Positions 1 to 9,353 of a DNA stretch of 64,000 nucleotides are shown here, one piece after another. Both the position numbers and the translations under genes were made by a program. The DNA is from a virus. A model generated the notes under the pieces. It did not search any database. It worked only from the letters and a program-made list of their open reading frames with translations, and had not been told where the DNA came from. Every line of letters begins with the position of its first letter. The stretch's first letter is position 1. Location: IMG/VR virus record IMGVR_UViG_3300043499_000238, positions 32,001 to 96,000 of that record. One strand, 5' to 3'.

Positions 1-29
1 GATCCTCGATGCCTGATCTCTCAACGACG

Positions 30-58
30 TTGTGTGTCTCCGATGCTGCTGCTAGCAT
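30..58 (+). promoter_or_regulatory. Sigma70-like promoter for a leaderless GTG at 66, overlapped by the CAACGACGTTG palindrome (22-32)
   Basis: TTGTGT (30-35), 17 nt, TAGCAT (53-58), 7 nt, in-frame GTG at 66. Confidence 0.65.
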
Positions 59-65
59 CACACCT

Positions 66-431
66 GTGAGCACCACCACCTTCGCCTGCGACACCTGCTA
101 CGACACGGGTGAGATCGACTACGAGGGCCGCGTCACTGCGTGCCCCGACTGCACCATCGCCGCCCCCGACACGATCACCATCCGCATCAGCGGCCTGGGC
201 CACGGCCTCGGCGCCGACGGTCGCCACTACGAGACCGCCGTCGCCTGGACCGCCAGCTCGATCACGTTCGAGGGCACCAAGAGCGCCATCCGCGCCGACG
301 TGCGCCGGGTGCGTGCCCACGCAGTCGTGGCCGCCAACATCGCCGGGTACAAGGGCCGCACCCGCAACTCGATCAGCTCGGGTGCGATCGCCATCGACAA
401 CCGCGTGAGCGCAGAGCTGGCCAAGTCATGA
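66..431 (+). CDS. Hypothetical protein with N-terminal Zn finger (CDTC...CPDC)
   Basis: ORF 9..431; GTG at 66 fits the promoter spacing. Confidence 0.7.
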   Translation: MSTTTFACDTCYDTGEIDYEGRVTACPDCTIAAPDTITIRISGLGHGLGADGRHYETAVAWTASSITFEGTKSAIRADVRRVRAHAVVAANIAGYKGRTRNSISSGAIAIDNRVSAELAKS

Positions 432-1486
432 GCACCAAGGCCGAGCAGGCCATGGAGCTGGCGCTCGCCGCCGGGTTCGAGGTCACCGAGGAGTTCGACG
501 CCTCCAACCAGGGCGACAGGTACTTCATCGATGGCAGCTACAAGGTCATCATCATGCGCCGCCTCCACGGCGCCCGGCCTATCCACGGCTTCGACTCGCT
601 GGAGCTGCGCACCTGCGGCCCCAAGCTCATCAACGCCGTGCTCCGCTTCGGTGACGGTCGTGCGTTCGCCTCCAAGACGTGCACCTCGATCCCAGCGTTC
701 ACACGGGCGCTGCTCGATGTGCGCAACGGCCCCAAGCGCCGCCGGGCCGTCGCCGCCCACCTCAACATCCCCATCACCATCTGACCAACCACCAAGGAAC
801 CACCACCATGATCACCATCAAAGTCACCGACGATGGCTGCTTCGTTGAGACGTACACCATCGATGTCGACGCCGCCACCGGCCAGGTCACACTGGCCCGA
901 GGCACGGGCGGAGTCATCGACTTCGGCGACGACCGTGACGCTGCCAAGAGCCATCTGCTCAACCATCTCCAGGCCGATCTCAACAAGGGCATCGGGTTCA
1001 ACGTGCCGGTGCGTGAGCACGTCACCAAGGTCACCGAGGGCCACCTGGCCACCGGCAACGGCCGGGTGGCTTACTGGGGCACCTGCTCGTGCGGCTGGAA
1101 GGGCACGCCGTGGGAGAGCCGTGAGACTGCTCAGGCGAGCGCCAACGGCCACTTCGTCTTCCCCGAGATGGTGGTGCAGTCATGAGCGTCTTCACCCCCA
1201 AGAGCGTGGGCGTCACGTTCACCTACGAGGCCAACCCGTTGCTCGAATCCGTCGACATCGGCGCCAACGCCTTCCTCGTGCAGCGCCTGACCGTCAGCAT
1301 CGAGCCTGACGAAGAGGCCGACGACGGCATCTACACCGACGTGCGTACGTGGGGTCGCAAGCTCACCAAGTCCGGTGAGATCGACCAGCGCAGCTCGTTC
1401 GGCGCCGTCTTCGTCCGCCTCGCCGACACCCAGCCATGGGTGGACGACGCCAAGGCCCGCTACGCCAAGCTCGTGGTGCTCGCATC

Positions 1487-1822
1487 ATGAAGTACACCAA
1501 CTACACCAACCTCGACAGCCGCTACGCGCGTGCGTACGAGCCGGGCGACCGGCTGGTGCGTGGGTACGAGGGCGAGCTGCCCAACCACTTCGCTCTCGTG
1601 GTCGATGAGGCCACCGCTCGTGCTACGGCCGAGGTGGTGTTCTGGATCCACAACCGTGACGATCGCCCCGATGGTCAGCTCTGCCCATCGATGAGCGTCG
1701 GCGACGTCGTGGTCTTCGGTGAGATGGCACTCAGTGCTGAGCCTGCTGGGTGGAGGATCGTGCAGCTCGATGCTGCCGATCTGGTCACCGATCGTACGTG
1801 GTCAGATATGGTGCGATCATGA
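1487..1822 (+). CDS. YodL-like domain protein
   Basis: Motif HNRDDRPDGQLCPSMSVGDVVV resembles the YodL core N-x-D-x-P...S-L/M-S-V-x-D-V-V. Confidence 0.55.
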   Translation: MKYTNYTNLDSRYARAYEPGDRLVRGYEGELPNHFALVVDEATARATAEVVFWIHNRDDRPDGQLCPSMSVGDVVVFGEMALSAEPAGWRIVQLDAADLVTDRTWSDMVRS

Positions 1823-2341
1823 GCGACTCCAGAAGCACCACAGAGGCCACTCAGGTGCCCCAGGAGACGAGCAACGACGTGGAAGCACCTACGACAGCCC
1901 AGGAAGCTCCTGAGGCCACACAGCGCGAGCTGGCCTACGGTGACCACGAGCACCTCGTGACCATCGCTCGTGGCCTCGTGACCAACGAGCTGATGATCGC
2001 CGACCTCAGCCGCCACGAGTGGCAGACGTCGCTGGCGATGATGTTGCCCAGCCTCGCCGAGTACACCAACCTCGGCCTGATCCTGGTGCCGTTCGCAGCA
2101 CACGCCAGCATGCCCTGGATCAACAACATCGCGCCCGGCATGGTGATGCAGTGCCAGGGCGTGGCCCGAGAGGACATCGAAGCATTGACCGCCGAGTGCG
2201 AGCGCATGTACGCCGCACTCCACCCCGAACAGGAGAAGACCGTGAGTGACCAGCCGGACGAGCGCAAGCCGGACGAGTACGTGGACGACGAGCCGGGTAT
2301 CGACCCGCGACTCATCGACCCCGACGAGGAGGACGAGCCTG

Positions 2342-2548
2342 ATGAGTGATCGTCACACCAAGGGTCCAGGCCCGTGGTGCGGCACTGCTGGTGGCTACAG
2401 CAACCACAAGTGCAAGTGCGACGCATGCACCACGGCGTGGGCCGACGCGCGCCGTGACTACATGGCACGCAACCCCGAGCAACGAGAACGACACCGCGCC
2501 CGTGTTGCGGTGTGGAAGGCCAACCAGGTCAAGGAGACCGCATCATGA
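2342..2548 (+). CDS. Small Zn-binding protein of a common actinophage type
   Basis: CGTAGGYSNHKCKCDAC motif. Confidence 0.6.
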   Translation: MSDRHTKGPGPWCGTAGGYSNHKCKCDACTTAWADARRDYMARNPEQRERHRARVAVWKANQVKETAS

Positions 2549-4578
2549 GGATCATCACACTGCCCCACTTCGCCATGGAGCGCGACGAGGACGGCACCGC
2601 CAACGCTGAGTTCCAACGTCTCGTGACGTACGCCATGCGGTGGTGGCCCGAGGGTCTCAACATGAGCGACATCGACTTCGCCAAGGGCGCCGCAGCGATT
2701 CGCTCGCTGGCCCAGGGCGACACGATCAGCTACGACCGCATGCAGCTCGCAGTCGGCTACGTGATCGACTCCATCGCCTTCTACGAGTCCGGCCCGTGGG
2801 AGGGCAGCGAACCGTACGAGGGACGCAACGCAGCAGCGATCGCCGACCTGCGCGCCCTGCTCGATGTGGTCAACGTCGAGGTGCTCGCATGAGCACCATC
2901 AACACCTGCGCTACGTGCGGTGGGCCGATCGCACGTCGCACCAACGTGGCCTACAGCCACGACGAGCAGCCCAACGACGGACCGTGGCTGCACCTCCACG
3001 CCGAGGACTGGCAGGACAACGTGCACGAGGCCAAGCCGGTGGAGGTGGACGCATGATGCGCTGCGACCACTGTGGTGAGGAAGTGCACCACGACGCCAAC
3101 GGCTGGTGGGTGGGCGAGGACGACTCGTCCGACTGCCCAGTGGGCGATCGTGGCCACGAGGTGGGAGGCAGCAGCTCGTGAAGTTCAAGGTTGTCATCGC
3201 CAGCCAGCCGCTCGGCAACACCGTGGGACGCAACGGTGAGGACGTGTACGCCGCCTACGTGTCGCTGGCTGGTGTGCAGGTGCACAGCACCAGTGTGACC
3301 AACCCAGGCGGCCCCACGGCCCACGAGGAGATGCGGCACGAGGCGATGCAGAGCTTCGCCTACCTGCTCCACGACGTGCTCGCCGAGCACACCGTATGAC
3401 CGACAACGAGGTGCAGGACTTCCTGCGCGCCCTGGCGCGCAAGGAGTTGGCACAGATGGCCTACGACGACATGAGCGTGCACGAGGTGCACATCCACGCC
3501 GTCGCCGACGAGCGTCGTGAAGCTCGTGCTGAGTTCAAGCGTGCGTGTGAGTGGGTGAGGGGACACTGATGACCCAGGACCACGAGCCGCCCGCCAACAT
3601 CGATCCACGACCCTGCTGCCACCGTTGGCGTGCACCGCGCAAGGATGTGCCAAGATCTACGCCAGTGGAACACGTCTGCATGCGTCCGGTGGCCAACGCT
3701 GGCCACATGGGCGTGCACATCTGCACCTGCGGTGAGGTCACCACGTACTCAGGAGACGAACCATGACGTGCCCCATCTGTGACGAGGCCATCGACAGCCC
3801 CGACACGATCGTGCTGTACACCGAGGACGGCCCGCGTCCCTCGCACCGTGAGTGCATGCTGCGCGAGGTGATGGGTGGCATCGGCCACCACCTCGGCCAC
3901 GAGTACTGGTGCATCCAGCGCGACGATCCCGACGCCGGACTCACACGCCGCCAGTCAGCGGTGATGGTGGCCAAGCTGTTGGAGCTGCTCGGCCCCGACG
4001 CCATGGCCGCCAACGCCGCAGTCATCCCCATCAATCCCACCGAGGAACCACCATGCCCAAGCACCCCAATCTGAGAGGCACACCGATCGAGGAGATGCGA
4101 GAAGAGTTCCTCGCATGCCGCGCACTGAGACACGCATGGGAGCCGATCGGTGCAACGCCTGGTGGTCGACGCCCTCAGTTCGGTGAGCTGGTGACGCTGC
4201 GCTGCATCCGCTGCGGTGGGCTGCGCTACGACAAGTTCAGCCGCATCACTGGTGAGCGCCTGGGCAAGCCACAGTACGACCAGGCGCCCGGCTACAAGGC
4301 CAGTGAGTCACACTCGTTCGCCTGGTGGAGAGCTGCGTGGGCCGAGACGATCAGTGACATGATCGTGAGCAGTCACGACAACGTCACACCGATCAAGAGG
4401 GGCAAGGCGTCATGACCAAGTATCTCGTCACCTACGTCGTCAGGGGAGCCTTCTCGGTGGAGGTCGACAACCCGTCGGACGACCCGGCGAAGGCCAAGGA
4501 CAAGGTGAGGGATCTCATTCGGGAGATCCCAGGCAGCATGGAGCACGAACTGGTCGTCCACTACCTGGAAGAGTTGTC

Positions 4579-4983
4579 ATGAGCAGCGACACGATGCTGA
4601 TCACCACCAAGCTGGCCGTGGTCACCTGCTGGTGCGGGATGACGTACGCCATCCCCGAGAAGATCACCACCCGCATGCTCCGTCAGCGTGACAACAACGA
4701 GCGCCAGACCGACTGCTACTGCCCGCTCGGTCATGTGTGGGAGTACACCGGCAAGAGCAAGCTGGACGAGGAGCGCGAGCGCGCCGAGCGCCTGGCGCGC
4801 CAGCTCGCATCGCGCGAGGAGGACGTGCGCGCTGAGCGCGCCTCGCACATCGCCACCAAGGGACAGCTCACCCGCGCCCGCAAGCGCGCTGACCGCGGTG
4901 TGTGCCTGCACTGCAACCGCTCGTTCGTCAACGTCGCCCGCCACATCGAGACCAAGCACCCAGGAGTACTCGCACATGAGTGA
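4579..4983 (+). CDS. Zn finger / coiled-coil / C2H2 hypothetical protein
   Basis: CWCG, YCPLGH, a charged helix, and C-terminal CLHC...HIETKH. Confidence 0.65.
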   Translation: MSSDTMLITTKLAVVTCWCGMTYAIPEKITTRMLRQRDNNERQTDCYCPLGHVWEYTGKSKLDEERERAERLARQLASREEDVRAERASHIATKGQLTRARKRADRGVCLHCNRSFVNVARHIETKHPGVLAHE

Positions 4984-7099
4984 CACCCCGCCCCAACCGA
5001 GCGCCATGCTGCCAGGCGTGGCCGCCCTACTGCTCCAGCGTGGCTGCCCTGACGATCGCCTCGATGAGGCGCTGGATGGCCTCAGCGCCACGCAACTGCC
5101 CACCACACTCACCGAGGCCGTGGAGCACGCCGACCGCGCCGTTGCATCACTCAACGCTCGCCCACCGATCGATACGACAGCAACGTGAGCGACTTACGCC
5201 CTGACGCACAGGGCGTCAACCCGTACTGCGTGAACGACGAGCACGCCCTCTACGTCGGCTGCGTGGCAGGCATCGCCGTGCGCAACGGACTGCGTGTGAG
5301 CTTCGTTGATGACGAGCGTGGCGTGCACACCGACCGCCTGCTGATACACCTGCCTCGTGGTGTCGAGATCACGGTGATCGTGCCGCCGCCACCAGAGGGC
5401 TGGAAGCTCACCGACTGGCTGCCCGACGATGACGCGAACTGAGGCGCTGCGCCTCTTCGCTGACATGGGGTGCAACGAGCTGGAGGCGTGCGATCTCATG
5501 CGCATCTTGGACAAGGAGAGCTACCCATGGAACAGCACCGCCAGTTCGACCTCGCCATCGAGCAGTACGAGATCTTCAACAGAGGCACGTACGATAAGCG
5601 CAAGCACGTAGAGCACGTCCGCGCCGTGGTGGTACGCGGTCAGCAGCTACTGCGCGAGCTGGGCGAGCCGCCAACCACGAGCGCCAGTCTGAGCGTGATC
5701 ATGGAGGCCAACGTGTGGGCACTGCAGCACTTCGAGGCCATCGACCGCGCCAACGCAGCAGTGCACTGCGCCCCCGTGCGCTACAGCCCGATCACGTTCC
5801 GCCTGGCGCGAGCACTACGTGAGGTGTGGCCGCCCACCGACGAGTTCACGCAAGCGATGACCAACGTGCTCCAGCACGACGGCGTGTACGAAGAGGATCC
5901 AGGCCGATGAGCATCCTCGACAAGCTGCGCACGAGGTACAAGGTGCGCTGCCGCATCTGCAACCACTTCGACGCCGACATGACCACAGTGCACGAGGTGA
6001 TGGACGAGGCCGCCTCCACGATCGAGCTACTGCAGCACGAGCTGGACCGCATGCAGCTCGCCTACATCGAGGCCACCAACCCAGGCATCGACATGCACAG
6101 CGTGCGCCGCCTACGAGGCTGCGGCCCCGAGTGCTCCGAGCACCACACGTACACAGCGCCGTGCGTACTGGACGGTGATGCTCAGATCATGGAGGCAGCT
6201 CGTGCCAGCAACCGTGAGCAGGCGGCCGCCGTCGAGCAGCGCATGCTCGATGCGATGAGGTCACCTGATGCCTGACTGGCCCGAGTGCGATCGCCCACAC
6301 TGCGAGGCGCCTGCTCGTTGGAAGGTCTACGCCGCCTACGAGGCTGAGCAAGACTCCGCCCACCCACGAGTAGCTCGCCACACCGAGCCACTGGCGCGCA
6401 CCTGCGGCATGCACCTGCCACTCACACTGGGCCGCGACGCCGCCAACCACGACAGCACACAGATGTGGGTGGTGCAGCCACTGTGAGAGCACTGCGCTTC
6501 TCGATCGCCTACATGGCAGCGATGACCGTGCTCTACACCGCCGTGTTCTACGCCTTCCACCACGAGGTGCCCTGGTGATCGACGCACTGGTGCTCTGGCT
6601 CGAACGCATACACGGTCGCTACCAATGGCGCCGGTACTGGCGTGACACTGCACGAGCTGCCCAACGCCAACAGCACGCAGCGCGCATGCGCGAGCACGAC
6701 GCCGAGTACAACCGCAACGCCGCCGCCCTCCACACGGCACAGCGCAAGGCCGCCGAACGGTAAGCACCATGTACCGCTACGCACACATCGCCGCACTGGT
6801 GATGAGTGTGATCGCAGTACTGGTCTTCCTGGTGGCCTGGCATCACGCCCGCCGTCACTGAGCACGCTCCACCTCGAACGTCACGCAGCAACTGCCCAAC
6901 GCAGCAGCCAGCCGCCGCCCACTACCGAGTGCAGTGGTCAACCCGCGCCCACGTAACCAACGCACCATGGCCGCCCCGCACAGGGACGCCGTTGGATACT
7001 CACCAAGCTCGTACTCGACGCCGCCCACCGACACGCTCAGTAGGTAGAGGTCGTGGTCGATGAGGATGGACACGGTGGTGGTGGGTAGTGCGTTCACAC

Positions 7100-7860
7100 C
7101 TAGTACAAGGAGCGTTGCGCACCTCGATGTCAACGCCACCCGGCACGCCGCCTAGCTAGCCGGACAGGCCGCCCGTAAGTGCTTCACTGCTCCACAGCCA
7201 CTGCATGCACTACTCACACTCACACACGCACCCGTAGCGCTCACAGCACAACGACGTTGCGCTCACGCACGTTGCTACCTGGTGTGCGTCTACCACTCGC
7301 GCGACAGCCGCGCGCGAGCACTCAGGCCCGCACCCCGCCCCTACCGTCATACCGCAGCAAGCGCTCACGCTGCGTGTGCAACAGCTCTAATGAGGAGGCT
7401 GCGCCTCCGCATTAGCGCTTAGTCGTACAACGGCGTTGCGCCATTAGGCACTAATGGGCGCTACGCGCGCACGCCATTAGCACTAAGCAGCGGAGCTGCT
7501 AAGCGCTAATTGCGCAACGCAAGCAAGCAGCGCTGAGCTGCGTAGCAGCGCAGCTCTGCGTTAGCAACGTGCAACGACGTTGCGCATGTCACACCCTGTG
7601 GAGGTTGCGTTCGGCGTAGCCGAGCGCTACCACCCCCCACCCTTAAGTCGGCGGCTGCGCAGCAGTCGGCGGCTGGAGGTAGGCGCAATCCCAGCCACAA
7701 CAGCATCGAGCTACGTACCCCTAGGCCCATTCCTGAGCCGAGATAGCTATTCAGCCGTACCACTAACCACTGCCGTACCCCCGTTAGTTAGCTGGTAGGC
7801 GCAGGCCGTAAGCGGGCGCACTGCTGGGAGTCGTACAACGACGTTGTGGGGAAGTAGGAT
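7100..7860. other. Non-coding region rich in palindromes and repeats (candidate origin, packaging site or regulatory hub)
   Basis: No credible ORF; rich in TAA/TAG/CTA. Hairpins CTAATG..CATTAG (about 7387-7415) and CCATTAG-GCA-CTAATGG (7441-7457); direct repeat AGTCGGCGGCTG at 7646-7657 and 7664-7675; four CAACGNCGTTG sites. Confidence 0.6.
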
Positions 7861-7866
7861 GTGTGG

Positions 7867-8121
7867 ATGCCACGCACCATCTACAAGTACCCGTTCATGG
7901 ACTCCACCACCATCGAGGTGACTGGCGGCGAGCCGAAGCCGCTCTTCGCTGGGATCGACCCAGCGACGGGAGCGGTAGCCGTGTGGGTGGAGGTGGATCC
8001 CGATGGCGAGGACACCGCTACCTTCTCCTTCGTCGGCACTGGGTGGGAGGTACCGCAAGGGAGTTACGTCGGTAGTTGTATCGCTCCCGGTGGGTTCGTC
8101 TGGCACGTCTATCGTACGTAG
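7867..8121 (+). CDS. Small conserved phage protein (DUF7352-like)
   Basis: IYKYP...VWVEVDP...VGTGW...YVGS...FVWHVY pattern; leaderless start TAGGAT-6 nt-ATG. Confidence 0.6.
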   Translation: MPRTIYKYPFMDSTTIEVTGGEPKPLFAGIDPATGAVAVWVEVDPDGEDTATFSFVGTGWEVPQGSYVGSCIAPGGFVWHVYRT

Positions 8122-8629
8122 CTGTGATCGAGGCGACGTGGTTGGGCGGGCCGCACGACGGTGATACGTGGCCGCTGAGCGGGCCAGCGTGGTTCTCGTT
8201 GGAGTTCCTCGATGAGGAGTGCTACGACGCCAGTGGGCAGCGCGAGTCGCTGACGTTCCACTCTCGCTGGTTCAAGCCCGAGCTGCTCTCTGATGGGCGG
8301 TACGTGATCGTGTGGAGGGAGAGCTAGGTTGGCGGGCGGCCCCCCGTCAGCAACTCCATACACGACGTGGTGGTTTCCGCCGCAGGCGGGGGGTCAACTT
8401 GCTCACTGCTCAACGACGTTGTACTGTGACCGGTGACGAAGGGTCTCGACTGGGTTGGCGCTCGGTCGTCCGGTTCCCCTCGTCCCAACCAGGTGGTTGG
8501 CGGCTAGGCGGCGACGTCGAACCCGCCGACCACCGCCTGGTTGTACAACGACGTTGGGACGCTGTAGGACGGCAGAGGGACGCCGTCGAGGGACGTTGAG
8601 GTCTCCAACTACCTTGGGAGGTACCAGAC

Positions 8630-9037
8630 ATGAGACGACTACTCGTCGGCCTCGTCGCCGCCGCCAGCCTGATCGGAGCGGGGAGCGTTGCTACGGCGGC
8701 GCCACCGGCTGCTCAGGAGGTCACCGTGCACCACGAGGCGCCAGCGGCCACCATGCACCCCGAGTGGGTGCGCACCTGTGGGTTCGCCAACTGCTCGGTG
8801 TACTTCAACAAGTCGGAAACCCGGGTGGCCGCCTACGGCGGGGCGCTGCTGTCCACGCTGATCTGCACGATGTTGCGCTCGACGCCAGCGGCGTTGGTGT
8901 GCACGGCGATCTCGTGGGCGGTGGGCAAGGCTGGTGACAACGCCGTGTCGGCAGGCAGGTGCGTGAAGCTGAGCTTCTCGCGCTGGACCGGCGTCGTCTA
9001 CTACATCGGTACCTACTCAGGATGGCAATGCAAGTGA
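8630..9037 (+). CDS. Secreted Cys-rich small protein with hydrophobic core
   Basis: Signal peptide MRRLLVGLVAAASLIGAGSVATA; six Cys; good SD (GGAGG). Confidence 0.75.
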   Translation: MRRLLVGLVAAASLIGAGSVATAAPPAAQEVTVHHEAPAATMHPEWVRTCGFANCSVYFNKSETRVAAYGGALLSTLICTMLRSTPAALVCTAISWAVGKAGDNAVSAGRCVKLSFSRWTGVVYYIGTYSGWQCK

Positions 9038-9270
9038 TGGCCCGTCGAGTGATTCCCGTGACCGAGTACCGCTCGCCGTTCCAGGTGCCGAGGACGTTGG
9101 ACGAGTGGTTGGTGACCGCAGTGGCGGTCGCCTGGCCGCTGCTGTTCATCTTCGTGATCTACCCGGACATGGAGCTGAACGCCTTCGGGCAGGTGATCGC
9201 CTGGGGGGCGGCGTTCGCCGTGCAGTGTGGGATCCTGTTCGCACTGCGCAACGCCAGGCGACACGCCTAG
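9037..9270 (+). CDS. Two-TM membrane protein
   Basis: Two hydrophobic stretches (WLVTAVAVAWPLLFIFVIY; VIAWGAAFAVQCGILFAL); overlaps the upstream stop. Confidence 0.65.
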   Translation: MARRVIPVTEYRSPFQVPRTLDEWLVTAVAVAWPLLFIFVIYPDMELNAFGQVIAWGAAFAVQCGILFALRNARRHA

Positions 9271-9280
9271 CATCATCGTT

Positions 9281-9348
9281 GGCGGCCCGGCCGACCGAGG
9301 TTCAGCTCTGGCAACAGACCTAGTTCGTGTAGGTCGAGCCGGGCCGCC
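9281..9348. terminator. Long GC-rich hairpin between convergent gene trains
   Basis: GGCGGCCCGGC-CGACC ... GGTCG-AGCCGGGCCGCC inverted repeat. Confidence 0.55.
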
Positions 9349-9353
9349 GCCTA

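Larger units (their letters stand above)
66..6861 (+). other. Train of about 25 small early-type phage ORFs, mostly hypothetical, many Cys/His-rich
   Basis: Consecutive ORFs with ATGA/GTGA stop-start overlaps. Starts at 66, 428, 808, 1182, 1487, 1819, 2342, 2545, 2889, 3053, 3178, 3396, 3569, 3763, 4053, 4412, 4579, 4976, 5185, 5527, 5907, 6268, 6575. Many contain CxxC pairs. Confidence 0.8.

Noticed and set aside
22-32. The palindrome as a LexA/SOS box
   Set aside because: The actinobacterial SOS box is TCGAAC-N4-GTTCGA; sequence and spacing differ.
7249-8556. Repeated CAACGACGTTG as a CRISPR array
   Set aside because: The repeat is only 11-15 bp, spacing is irregular (about 130-570 bp), and no cas genes are present; it fits operator sites better.
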